A stretch of 64,000 bases of DNA, taken from the NCBI GenBank assembly GCA_951406725.2, contig OX597837.1, positions 62,001 to 126,000 of the forward strand. The letters run 5' to 3'. The first letter of the stretch is position 1; each line of letters opens with the position of its first letter. Shown here one piece after another: positions 1 to 12,189 of this stretch. The DNA is from Octopus vulgaris (Eukaryota). The notes beneath the pieces were generated by a model. It saw nothing but the letters and a program-made list of their open reading frames with translations, searched no databases and was not told the DNA's origin. A program made the translations under genes and the position numbers.

Positions 1-58
1 GCTAGTATATATATAAAACGATATGTTTATCTATAAATGAAACGATATATATATAGAG

Positions 59-417
59 AGAGTAAAATCTATTTGCCAACGCAAAGTGGCAGTCCTGATT
101 AGAACGATGTTACTACTTTTTTTAGCCCCAGGAAAAAATCTTTTCCAGCTGGCTATCGACGCATAACTTCGTCCTTATACTACGAACAAGGGAGCTAATG
201 TCTCCACTCAGCCTTAAACGGTACCTGCGAACCAATGGTTTCTGGACGCAGCTGTGCGTCGATAGCCAGCTGGAAAAGGTGTTTTTCTGGGACTAAAAAT
301 GGTAGTAACATCGTCCTAATCAGGACTGCCACTTTACGTTGGCAAATAGACATTACTCTGTAGCACTGTTACTACTTATCTCTCGCTCAGAGATTTAAAA
401 CTAATCGTTTTCCTCTT
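59..417. mobile_element. Fold-back (inverted-repeat) insertion of the retrozyme/PLE-terminus family
   Basis: Arms 59-163 and 255-359 are reverse complements with a ~90-bp spacer. The right arm plus tail (GATAGCCAGCTGGAAAAGG...CTCGCTCAGAGATTT) resembles 4306-4441 and 45056-45191. Flanked by TA and CA repeats. Confidence 0.7.
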
Positions 418-419
418 CA

Positions 420-486
<67 letters not shown>

Positions 487-847
487 GTAGTTGTTGTTGT
501 TATTGTTTGAATGATCAATGACATTCCAGTGGCGACCACTTCAACATTCAAAGCGTCCTTTTCGAAGGAGATGTGGTTCTTATTTCTTGGAGGCCTAGTG
601 GCCACGTAAGCGGCTTCCTCATTGACCTGACCAATTTCTGTTGCAGTCAATGGCAGTGGATCGTCAAATGTATGGTGCGACGGACAAAATGGCCTACGTT
701 TTTTTAGTTTACGTTCCATTTACGTTCCGAGATTGACTACCTTCGAGGTTGACATTAATCATTCTGGGACCATCACGATCGACTAAATCCCAAATTTGTG
801 ACCCCGAATCCATGCTGGGTCCTGTTAAAATCCCCGACAATATTAGT

Positions 848-957
848 CTTTCATCCTTTCGGGGTCGATAACTTAAGTACCAGTTGCGTACTGAGATTGA
901 TCTACACGACTGGCCTCCTCCCCCCAAATTTAGGGCATTGTACCTAGAGTAGAAAAG
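848..957 (+). mobile_element. 5'-truncated tRNA-derived SINE (family A) with 9-bp TSD
   Basis: Core CTTTCATCCTTTCGGGGTCGATAA..TAAGTACCAGTTGCGTACTG, shared with many copies in the window. TSD AATATTAGT at 839-847 and 958-966. Confidence 0.85.
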
Positions 958-1060
958 AATATTAGTAAAATAATAAATAATGAGGGCCTAGAGTTTGTTA
1001 GGTTATAGATAGGGAAAGTGAAGCAACCTTCAAATATTTCAAGTAGCGAACGGTTTAAAC

Positions 1061-1631
1061 CAATGTTTTTCAACCCCACCTTTTTTTTTTTTACATATGG
1101 ACTCCTTCAGTTCCTGTTTTGCTCAGATGGACCCTCAAAGCCATTCGATGTATAACAAAGTCACATATCTCTATAATTAAATATAATTAGGAAGTGTATA
1201 AAAAACTATTGCTTATGGCTATATTAATGTGGCTGTCCTCTAAGAGATGACGATATTGTTACTTCACCGCAGGAAAATATCTCTTCCAGCTGGTTTATTT
1301 ATTGCAAGTGGGAGATAACTCGAGCCACCCTAGTTCTGTGCGAAAAACACACTGAATAAACCAGCTGGAGGAGATATCTTCCTGGGGTTAAATGGCAGTA
1401 TCGTCATCTCTTAGAGGATAGCCACATTAAAGTGTCCATAAGCAATACTTTTTTTTTGCTTCGTGCACAGCTTCTATCTCGAACAGAGATTTTCTAACGG
1501 ACTAGTTTCCGAGTTATAAAAAACTAAAAATATTTTGTATGTTGTTTAACCGACTTATTGCAGATAACTTTTAACAACGAACCCTTACATGGAACCTGAA
1601 GGGCCATATGGACCCCGGTAGAGACTCACTG
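1061..1631. mobile_element. hAT-like MITE, interrupted by the insertion at 1209-1514
   Basis: Ends CAATGTTTTTCAACC / GGTAGAGACTCACTG. Imperfect 8-bp TSD GTTTAAAC/GCTTAAAG. Related to 51893-52155 in opposite orientation. Confidence 0.6.
1209..1514. mobile_element. Fold-back insertion of the retrozyme/PLE-terminus family with 12-bp TSD
   Basis: Arms 1209-1299 and 1355-1445. Shares CCAGCTGGAGGAGAT..CCTGGG and CTCGAACAGAGATTT with the 4183-4545 family. Exact TSD TATAAAAAACTA at 1197-1208 and 1515-1526. Confidence 0.8.
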
Positions 1632-1789
1632 GCTTAAAGGAATCTAAGTTTGCGTATATTCAGCCATGTTCGCTGTAAGGGCAGTAACGGTTCAGTTCTG
1701 ATGATTTCATGTCTTTGTGCTTGAAATATATAAAAGGTTACTCAACTTTCTCTTTTTGCGTTGTAAGAAGCTCTGCATCTTTATTGTTT

Positions 1790-2290
1790 GTTAATTTACT
1801 TCGGTATCACAATGCTTCAAAGAAACTACAACGCTCTTCTGCCAACAATATTCATTGTAGCCTCTCCGCCATTTTAACAACACGTCTCGATTATTATTAC
1901 GACAATTCCGCTTCTCTCCCAACTACCTCGTATTAAACATTATTAACACCGATACGTGTTACATTCCTGCCTCCCCCCACCGCTCTCATCTCGTCTCCAC
2001 CACTTCTGCTTTCACCTCACATTCCATTCACGAGATAGAATTACATTTCACGGCCGTACGTAATCTCGTTTAAATCTTGTTTAAATCTCGTTAAATCTCA
2101 CCCAACTTTATAACATTAACAAAATTAATTCTACTATTTTTGCTTTTTCAAGTTCTGTATGGCATTTCCTTTTCTTCCCAAAGAATTTTAACGCTTTTTT
2201 CTTTTTCTTTCTATAAATTCCATAATCTGTTGTTCTCTGTCATAACCCTTCTTTCAAACCCATCCTCTTCCTAACATTTCATAGTCAACG
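1790..2290 (+). mobile_element. Possible highly degenerate Naiad-type PLE endonuclease remnant
   Basis: Translated traces YHNASKKLQ (cf. HNASKF near 39990) and KINSTIFAFSSSVWH only. Weak. Confidence 0.25.
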
Positions 2291-2879
2291 CAATAAAGGA
2301 CTTCTATACACAGCCATAACATGGCTACAATTATTTGTCTCAGTCGTGGCGATGGTGGAGAAGGAAGACTCAGTAAATTTAATCAACTCCAGACGATGGG
2401 TTGATCGAGTCGTTAAATCATGGGATAAAAGGCTTTGCAATACTCGTTCCGGCTCTCTACGATCCAAGTTCAAATTCCAACGGCTTCAGCTTTACCTTTC
2501 TTTTTTCAGGGTCAATAAATAAAGTACCAGTCCAGTACGACAGTTCATTCACCTTCATTCATTCTCTCTCCCTCTCTCTCTTACTCGAAGAAACCGTCTG
2601 TATTTAGACTTGCGGAGGGATGGGTTTCCTCAAGTTTAAAATCACCAAAACACACCATACATGACATGCTGCCCCTACGATGCCATTATGATTTAACCCC
2701 CGCTCCACCATTTGGCTGGTACTTTATTTTAACGATCTCCATCCGAGAAGAATGAAAGGCAAAGTCGACGATGGCCAAAGAAAACGCCACAGTATTTAGG
2801 CCATCGCTCGATCGTTTCAAGAAATCAGCGGAGCCACGGACAAGGGTAGCGATGATAGATTATCTTTTATATATTGATT

Positions 2880-3105
2880 GATTCAGTCATTTGACTGTGG
2901 CCATGCTGGGGCACCACTTCGAAGGCCTTTAGTCCAACAAACTGACAAAAGGAGATTTTTTAGAGCCTGGTACTTATTCTGTCGGTCTCTTTTGACGAAT
3001 CGTCAAGTTTCGGAGACGTAAACAAACCAAGTCCGGTCTTCAAGCAGTGGTGAGGGAAAACACCGACTCAAAGGCACACACACACACACAGAAACTAAAA
3101 GAAGC
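2880..3105 (-). mobile_element. SINE family B (composite tRNA-derived), 3' part
   Basis: CAGTCATTTGACTGTGGCCATGCTGGGGCACC...GTACTTATTCTGTCGGTCTCTTTTG is the reverse complement of the tail of the 22550-22920 and 54708-55112 copies. Confidence 0.75.
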
Positions 3106-3203
3106 CCATGTGTGTGTGTGTCCCTTCTTTCCTGAGCGCCCAATAATACTTTATTTGTTCCACATCCTCGCGTTGTTGTCTTTTTGTTTTCTTGTTTGGA
3201 TTA

Positions 3204-3257
<54 letters not shown>

Positions 3258-3486
3258 TGTGTGTGTGTGTGTGTTTTTTTTATATGTGGATGTATATGTG
3301 TATTTGTGTGTGAGTGTATTTGTGTATATACATATATTTTTACTATTAAATCTAATTACCCTTTATCTAAATCTGGATATATCCATCTTTATACAGATTT
3401 AAAAATTATTCTTATTCTATTTATGGGAGGAGTACTTTATTTTCATCCCGCACCTACGTATTTGCTTTCACACTACTAATGCCTTT

Positions 3487-3579
<93 letters not shown>

Positions 3580-3634
3580 TGTGTGTATGTATAAATGTAA
3601 TTATTTTCCAAAACAAATTACACTTCATATTCGA

Positions 3635-3715
3635 GGCTCCGATGAATCTATAAGGTGTTACTCAAGTATTCATCTAAAAGTTCACTGCATCTGATAGCAG
3701 AAACAGCCGTAAGCC
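3635..3715 (+). ncRNA. Minimal type-I hammerhead ribozyme-like motif (U4C variant) in a PLE-terminus remnant
   Basis: GGCT-CCGATGA-[long stem II]-GAAAC-AGCC-GTA-AGCC. Stem I is GGCT/AGCC. Confidence 0.6.
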
Positions 3716-3959
3716 AATGAAATACATAAGACAATCGTTTGTTCCTTTGTCATTCCATTTTCTTATTACCGCTCTGTATTCGACTGACGTTTCCTTCTGA
3801 AATATACGGATATAGAGTTCTGCACCAGGTTATTAGTCTCGAAATGCTTAACTGAATATATATATGTGTGTGTGTATATGTGTGTGGGGGTGGGTGCGTG
3901 TGTGTGTATATATCTATCTATGTAATAGTGTATAAAAATTTATACACGGAGCAAGATGA

Positions 3960-4182
3960 ATTACTCGTTTACATTACGGACGAACACCCCAGATAGTATA
4001 ACTGTAATATAAATGAAACTGTGAGCTTTGGGGGGCTCGTAAGCCATTTCATTTAATTCATTGTTAATAATTCATTTCATTTCATATCATCCTTTTTATT
4101 TTTATTATATGTACCCCATATCCTGTATTGTATTGTTATGTCCCCTCTTCATTCAGGCCATTGTGCCTATAATAAAGAGAAA
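3960..4182 (+). mobile_element. Probable 3' UTR remnant of a Tx1-like retrotransposon
   Basis: Ends TGTCCCCTC..CAGGCCATTGTGCCTATAATAAAGAGAAA, resembling the 3' end of the 7729-9364 element (TGTCCCG..CAGCCCTGTGTGGTTAATAAAGAAAC). Confidence 0.4.
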
Positions 4183-4545
4183 GGTGATTGTCGTGCGCTG
4201 ATAACGGGTCAATACCCAGAAACTGCAGTCTGTGCGTATCACTTAGGTTGACGAGGGAAGGATGACCTCCCTTTGCAAATACCGATAAGGCACAGAAAGT
4301 GTGTCAATAGCCAGCTGGAGAAGATGTTCTCCTGGGACTACAAGCTACAGTAACATCCACCCTTAGTGGTCAGCCATATTGAGATGGCAAATATACTTCA
4401 CATTGTCCTGCAGTTACTGTCTATACCTCGTTCAGAAATTTATTATTGCTTGTATACACTTTTTCAAGATCAGTGACGAAAAGTCACTGGCAAAAGGATA
4501 TAAATATTTGCATTGGGACCCTTCCATCGAAAACCGGTGATTGTC
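4183..4545 (+). mobile_element. Terminally redundant ~353-bp hammerhead-containing non-coding unit (non-LTR retrozyme-like or solo PLE pLTR)
   Basis: Hammerhead at 4184-4242. GGTGATTGTC recurs at 4183 and 4536. Close homologue at 44958-45201. Confidence 0.7.
4184..4242 (+). ncRNA. Type-I hammerhead ribozyme (core CUGAUAA; G8A probably inactivating)
   Basis: GTGAT..CGTGCG-CTGATAA-C-GGGT(CAAT)ACCC-A-GAAAC(TGCA)GTC-TGTGCG..ATCAC. Confidence 0.7.
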
Positions 4546-4683
4546 ATGTGCATCGTTGAAGTGTTGCTTTTTGCGGAGTTGGAGTTTATGATATTGTGAG
4601 TTGCAGAAATTGTTATTAGAAATTGTTGTTGTTGAAAGTACTATTGTAGTTGAATTTTGAAAATTATTTTGTAGCTACCCTTT

Positions 4684-5720
4684 GTGGGTATGCAAACAAC
4701 AAGTTACGCCCAGGCTGCAGGCAAAAGCCTGTCGGCCGACATGTTGCAGCTGAAAGACGTATTAATTGAGAAGGAAGGTTTGAATAAATATTTCGAAAAT
4801 TTCAAGGTGGGAGATTGCTTACGGATCACACCGCCGGAGGAAGACACAAAAAAAACGAGGGAAAAGATTATTGTATATAGAACGTGGAGTGTGGCCAACA
4901 AGAAAATAGAAGTGGCAGAAACAGACGACATTGAGGAATGTCTTACGGAAATTAAAGACAGAACGACCTTCTACGCAAGAGGAAGGAAGTTCGCCACCGT
5001 CGAGGTGCGGTTTGAAAGAGAGGAGGAGGCCAAGAGACACGCTACCATGATATTAAGAACAGCTAGGTGGGTGCTTCCTATTGTGGAAAACGAGCAACGA
5101 AGGTGAAAATAGGAAAGGTGCCGCCGGAGTTAGAGGTAGAGAGACTTGTAGCAGCTATAATTTATAATTGTAAGGATGATGTGGACATTCTAAAGGTTGA
5201 AAAATCGAGAGACGTCAACTGGTGGGATTATGGTGAGGAAGCACTGATACATATAACCCTGCCAGATTTGTACAACATTAAGGAAGAGTTAGTGCTCCCC
5301 GACGAAACCCGACTGAGAGTCGTGGTGGAGGGGAGACCACCAATATGTTATAACTGTAAAAGAATGGGACATATGCAAGCAAGGTGTCCCCTAAGAGAAA
5401 CGCAGGCAGAAGTGGAGGAAATGTACAGTGACGCAGCGAGAGCGGAGGAAGAAGAAAAAGAGGTAGAGGAAAAAGTTGAAGAAAAAACGGCAGAAAGAAA
5501 GAGAACACCACCAAAAAGCCCAATGAAAAGTTAAGTAGAAAATGAAGGAAGAAAGACAACAGTAAGTGGAAAAAGTACAGAGATTCGAAACCAGGAACTG
5601 AAGACAATGACAATGAGTGAAGAAGGTAAAACCAGAAAAGAGAAATGCGAAGAATGGATGAGGAAGGTGATGGAGAGAGTAAATCATGTAAAACAAACAG
5701 GACGACCTACGGGAGAGAAT
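4684..5720 (+). pseudogene. Non-LTR retrotransposon ORF1 (gag-like, CCHC zinc knuckle), frameshifted; probably Tx1/L1 clade
   Basis: ORFs 4684-5106 and 5067-5534 join by a frameshift. N-terminal SYAQAA motif, KVKIGKVPPE, CYNCKRMGHMQARC knuckle and charged tail. Confidence 0.8.
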
Positions 5721-5868
5721 GTAAGAAGGTTAATTTTTTACGAAAAGATATGGAGATTGAAAAAAGATTAACAAAAACAAAAGGAAATATACTTCACTCA
5801 CACACACACACACACATATATATATAAATATATATATATGTATGTATACATATATATATATACATATA

Positions 5869-5982
<114 letters not shown>

Positions 5983-6409
5983 TGTGAGTGTGTGTGTCTG
6001 ACACACTTAAATAAACACACCTGATTATAAAGGTTTAGATGCTGGACTGAACTTCCACCTTCACATTCCCTAGATCAAAGGTCAAATCCCCCATTTGTGT
6101 CCAAATGAAATCAACTACACCCAAAACGGAGTGACACATCTGTTGACCAATTGACCCTTTCACCCCCTTACTTTATTTTGTGAATCCTAGAAAACAAGCC
6201 CAAACATCTGAAGCTGACAAACCTAAATAGACTCACCTGACTTCAAGGGTCGACATGCTTGGCTGAATTCTGAACAACCCCAAATTTAATAAATAAAAAT
6301 CTTCCATAACACCCCTCTATCACAGCATACCCTAAAACACAGCTCCATCGACCCCAGAAAATTTTAATTTAGCAGAGACTATATAAAGCCAAGACGAAGT
6401 CGAATATAC

Positions 6410-6456
6410 GACAACCCGATGATGGCTGGGCAGACCGAAACTTCGAAGTCACTATC
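6410..6456 (+). ncRNA. Degenerate hammerhead-like motif within a probable PLE-terminus remnant (~6025-6560)
   Basis: CCGATGA-T-GG.CTG(GG)CAG.ACC-GAAAC(TTCGAA)GTC with palindromic stem III. Stem I is decayed. Confidence 0.5.
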
Positions 6457-6649
6457 CTTGTTCGCAGCTAAGAGTGGTTTTGACTCTTATTTCTAGCAAC
6501 GCTGGTGCTGACCTGCACCCTTAGTCACTTCTAGTGACGTTTATACTTGTGCCTTTTGGTTTTAGATTACACACACACACACACACACAAGCACACACAC
6601 ATATGTACATGTACATATATCTACATATACCCAAATATATATGTGTGTA

Positions 6650-6715
<66 letters not shown>

Positions 6716-6729
6716 TACATATATATTTA

Positions 6730-7561
6730 CAAGATCTGATCAATAAGTATCCGGATTGTTGCTAAAGCACGCAGACTGAAGCCGCTTGGCACAGATTGAC
6801 CCTGAACTCTGTTGTGCATGCGCATTAAGTTTCAACGTTCCAGCTCACTTCCGCTGTTTACAGCAGTGCTTGGAAGGAAGGTGTGTAGCGTTTGCTCTTC
6901 GCATTGACCATGACTGAGAAAGTTGTTATGGCGATATCTGTTCAGAGACCTATGGAAAGTAGAAAGTGTATGGAGAGGAGTGTATGAGCCACACACAAGA
7001 GTCTGAGTTGTTTAGGCGTTTCCAAGATGACCAAAATGATGTCGATATTGACGAACGTTCTAGGAGATCTGGAACCAACAGAACTGAATAAAACATAGCA
7101 GTAAAACAAGAGGATGTTCAGATTAGTTGCCGTTCAATTCAGTCCATTATGATTTGGGTATGAGACGCATGTCTGCCAAGTTTGTCCCTAAACTGCTTTC
7201 AGCTGGCGAAAAGTACACTGGGGTTTCAGTTGCACAAGATCTTGTTGATTGTGTCGAGAACGGTGAAACGATTTGAAAACCTTGCGTAGGCCTCTGGGAA
7301 GGTATCGCCAAGCTTTTGGCAAAATTTGATGCAGATTCTCTGCTCAACTTCCTCAGTCACGGTCAACACGACGACAACACGCCACACGCCACACACCTTC
7401 CTTCCAAGCACTGCTGTAAACAGCTGGAGTGAGCTAGAACGTTAAAACTTTGTGCACATGCACAGCAGAGTTAAAGGTCAATTTGTGCCGAGCAACTTCA
7501 CTCTGCACGCTTTAGTTTCGTTACTATAGCAACAGTCCGGATACTTATTGATCAGACCACG
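6730..7561. mobile_element. mariner-derived MITE with two 5' ends (head-to-head)
   Basis: ~190-bp inverted arms beginning TCTGATCAATAAGTATCCGGA. The + strand encodes KVYGEECMSHTQ...DIDERS and LGMRRMSAKFVPKLL (WVPHEL-like). The - strand encodes VTEEVEQRICIKFCQKLG. Confidence 0.85.
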
Positions 7562-7658
7562 TTTATATATGTGTGTGTGTGTGTGTACAGTAAGCTATAT
7601 ATCTGTCTATCTACCAATATATATGTCTGTCTTTTTGTTTGTCTGCCTGCCTGTCTGC

Positions 7659-7728
<70 letters not shown>

Positions 7729-9364
7729 GAGCATACCCGGTTTTGTGAGTCGAGGAGCCGTAACGCTGCTGAAGAAAGATCCAAACAAGGGGGACATTAT
7801 AGAAAACTTTAGGTCCATCACTCTGCTCAATGCAGACCTGAACATTTTGACCAAGGTGTTAGCCAAGAGGTTGGCGCTTGTCATCGAGAAACTGGTCGAC
7901 AAGGCGCAAACGTGCGCCGTGCCGGGCTGGAGCATCCTAAAAGGTTGAGCAGAGGTGGCGAATACGTACATCGCGTCCATCATCTACTACCATCTGACCG
8001 TCGTACCTTGTCCCGACCCTACCATCACCAAACTGGAACGCATTCTCTTCTGCTTCTTGTGGAAAGGATGCGTCCCGATGGTCAGGCGATCCATTTGCTG
8101 TCAACACCCGTTAAAAGGAGGGCTGGGCATGCCGTGGTTGATGATGCGCAGACATGCGCTGAGACTGCGACATCTCCGGCTCTATGTAGACGACGATGAA
8201 CAGGTGTGGTCGCCGTTTGTGAGGCACGCCTTCCCGCAGCTCGTCTCCATGACCGAACTGCAGTCGTGGATCAAAAAGAGGCTGAGGAAGGGCGAATGGC
8301 ACCGCAAGTGTCGTGTTGCTCTCAAGCAACTATGCCGTCCCGGGTCGACCTTGATTGACTTCAACACAACCAAAGCATTCTATAGGGGATTAGTGGAGGG
8401 GAGGTACGACGACGATCTTGGGGCGAACCTGGGCGTCGACGAGGAATACCTGACCCGCCTTTTGAGACGACTTTCGGGCCGGGACCTATGGACAACTTCC
8501 AGAGATCCCTAGCCAAGCAGTGCTACCGAGAAGCGCTACCCGTTCGGGATAAGCTCTATAGGCATGGCTCGAGAAACACGGGGCCGACCTGCCCGAGATA
8601 CGGTCAGAGCGACGAAACCGTTCTGCACGCAATCGTGCAGTGTCCAACAATCTCCGACCTGTGGACTTATGTCAAACGACTGCTGTCACGTGTGGGACGT
8701 GTCGGTTTATCAGCCGAGTCTATCGTTAATATCGTCACGTCTCCTTCCTTCAAACGGGAAGGAAGAGCTATTTTTATCATACTTGTGGCTATGGCGAAAG
8801 AATGTATCTGGTGGACGCGCCTGAAAGGATTAGAGACAAACACTTTCCTCTCTGGTCAATCTCTCGTGAACTTCTTCAAGTATCACTTGAAGAGGAAAGT
8901 GAGAGTAGAGAGACAAGTTTTGTCTAGTGAATGTTTTACAAAAAGATGGGTGAATGTAGCAAGGATGGCACGTATGAATGACGAAGCCACCTTGAGTATG
9001 ATCCTATGAGCGGTAAAAATTTAATACAGAGAGTTACTTATTTGTAAAAAAAAAAAATAACATGTGACTTCATTGACCGAGGTTACCGTGGTCTTTTCCG
9101 TAGGCTTTTTTTCCACGGGTAAACCTCACCTGTCTTCCCCTTTACACTTTATATTGACATTTCTGTGATAACGATCCCTATTGATCAATTTTTCTTTTTC
9201 CCTTTATTTTTATTTCACCCCCTTTTTTTCTTTTGCTTTCCTCTTTCTTTCCTTTTACGATCCCTTTTGATCGAAAACCAACCCCCTTTTTTATCTCCAA
9301 AAGAAAACCTCTACCTTGTAATTTGTCCCGTCTGTGTACAGCCCTGTGTGGTTAATAAAGAAAC
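7729..9364 (+). mobile_element. Tx1/L1-clade non-LTR retrotransposon, 5'-truncated and internally deleted ORF2 plus 3' UTR
   Basis: RT N-terminus (TLLKKDP..FRSITLLNADLNILTKVLAKRL..QTCAVPG), post-RT FLWKG..GGLGMP and zf-RVT (TCPRYGQSDETVLHAIVQC). Ends AATAAAGAAAC. (ATCT)n on both sides. Confidence 0.9.
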
Positions 9365-9365
9365 A

Positions 9366-9471
<106 letters not shown>

Positions 9472-10139
9472 ACTATCTATCTATCTGCATAATATGTTTT
9501 CTTTTTACACCGTTTGTCAAAGGTTTTTCTCAGCCAATGTATTTTCGAGTGGGTGGAGTCGATTGGATGCACAGAAACACGGGTTCGGCTGAATTTGTGG
9601 GGTCGCTTAGAAGTTGCAAATTTTGCAGATTAAAATATTTTCATTTCTTTATTACCTCCATGTTTGCATGGGAAAATTTCAGCATTTTGCTGGTTTTTTA
9701 TGGTGTCTTCCTTTTAAATTTCTGCTCTATTTTTAGTTTGTTTTTCTTCATTAATTTTTTCTTTTGTTTTCGTCAAAGAATTTTCTCTAAGAATCCTATT
9801 GGAGAACAGCATCGATAAATCAAAGACAAAAAAAATGGAGAAATTGAACAATGGAATCAAATTTAATATTCAAACACGATGTGGTAATTAATTGCCCCAA
9901 AACACCACAAAGAATAGAAAATAAAAGGGAAAAAATAACAGAAAAGAAAGCAAAAAAGAACAAAAAAGCAAAACAACAAAAAATGAAATGAAAATAGCAT
10001 TGTTAAAACAACTGCAATAACAATAACAACAACAAAAAGAACGGAACAAAAAAGAGAAGGAAAATGAAAGAAAATGAAAAATAAATGATAAACCAACGAC
10101 GACAATAACAAGAAGAACATCAACAGTAAGAAAAACAAC

Positions 10140-10450
10140 AAACGTGTCACTACCGACACAACCGACACCACCACCACCACCACCACCACCACCACCACCA
10201 CAACCACCACCACCACCGTCAACAGCATCACGACGACCATCATCTCCACCATCGCCACCACTACTACTACTACTACCACTACCACCTCCACACCCACCAC
10301 ACACCACCCTCACCACCACCATCTCTAGCATCAATACAAACACCACCACTAGCACCCCTCCACCATCACCACCAACAACGTCAACATTAACACCCCTAAC
10401 AAAAATACCACTGCCACCACCACCGCCGCCGCCGCCGCCGCCACACCACA
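10140..10450. repeat. (CCA/CTA/CCG)n triplet-repeat tract
   Basis: Direct inspection. Source of the poly-Pro/Val/Gly ORFs. Confidence 0.9.
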
Positions 10451-10678
10451 AAAGTAACAACGACGACAACAAGACTTTATCGAAAATATATTTGAACCAC
10501 CTTCTTTAATGGTGAAGAACCCTTTTGTTCTTGAGAATCAGAAATTTATTCAATAGAGTAATAGTGGTGGTGGTGGCATGGGTGGGAAGAAGGGGAGTAG
10601 GGAGCGAGATGAGGAGAGAGAGAATGATAGGAGGGAGAGTGGGAACTGTTGGAAGGGGAGTGTGAAAGAGCGAGAGAA

Positions 10679-10741
<63 letters not shown>

Positions 10742-10847
10742 AGCATTGAGATTTTGGAATCAAAGAACCAGGACAACGATTGTCTTCTATTAATGTCACA
10801 GAATGGACATTTTAAACATATTTTATCTGGAAGGACTGAACAGAGAG

Positions 10848-10849
<2 letters not shown>

Positions 10850-10910
<61 letters not shown>

Positions 10911-11011
10911 GAGAAATAAATGGCGAGAGGTAGATAGAAAGACAGAGAGATAGATATATAGATGGATGAGTGTATGGATAGATTAGATAGGTAGATAGAT
11001 AGATAGATAGG

Positions 11012-11056
<45 letters not shown>

Positions 11057-11677
11057 GGATAGATAGATAGACAGCTAGACTGATAGACAGGTAGCCAGAC
11101 AGACAGGTAGACAGATAGGTAGATAGAAAGACAGAGAGATAGATATATAGATGGATGGGTGGATGGATAGATTAGATAGGTAGATAGATAGATATATAGA
11201 TAGACAGCTAGACTGATAGACAGGTAGCCAGACAGACAGGTAGACAGATAGGTAGATAGAATGATATATATAGGCAGAGAGACATAAATTGACAGTTAAA
11301 CAGATGCACAAATAGATAGATAGCTAGGATGGCAGATAGATGGATAGACAGAAAGAAAGTTAGATAGATTGATAGATAGCTAAATAGACAAACGGACAGA
11401 GACAGAGAGTTAGAGACATATTGATAGAAATAGTTTGACAGATAGCTAGATAGAGAAACAGAAAGATAGATATATAGCTAGAGAGAGAAATATACACAGA
11501 GATAAAGATAGATACTAGTTAGATACAAAGATAAATATTGATAGAAATAGACAAAGATACAAATAGACAGAGAAATAGATAAATAGATAGATAGGTCTAT
11601 AGATAGATAGAGAAATGGCGACAGACATCGAGAAAGAGAGAGAGAGAGATAGAAAGATAGATAGAGACTGAAGTATT

Positions 11678-11738
<61 letters not shown>

Positions 11739-11960
11739 GTAGAAGGATAGGTAGATATAGATTAATAGAAATAAAAATAGACAGATAGACAGATAGGTAG
11801 GTAGATACATGGGTAGATAGATAGAAAGAAAGATGAGAGAGAGAGAGAGAAACAAATAGATCATAAATAGCTAGACACAGATTTGTAAATGGATATAGAC
11901 AGATCAATAGGAAAAAGATAAATAGATATTTAGATAAAAAGATAAAGATACGATTAATCA
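10850..11960. repeat. Long degenerate (GATA/GACA)n array with internal duplications
   Basis: Direct inspection. Block GACAGCTAGACTGATAGACAGGTAGCCAGACAGACAGG occurs at ~11070 and ~11203. Confidence 0.9.
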
Positions 11961-12131
11961 AATAAATAAAGCCAGAGAGAATGCATGTGTGTAATAGAGA
12001 GGGGAGAGAGAGGGAGGAAGAAAGAGAGAGAGAGAGAGAGGAAAACGAGAGTGCATATGTGTGAATGCGAGAGAGACAATGATAAATACAGGGAGAGAAG
12101 GAGAGAATTAGAAAGAGTAAAGAAAAGCAAG

Positions 12132-12189
<58 letters not shown>

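Noticed and set aside
4183-4545. GGTGATTGTC direct repeat as a target-site duplication
   Set aside because: The same 10-mer and its upstream AACC are inside the independent copy at 44958 and contribute to stem I, so they are element sequence.
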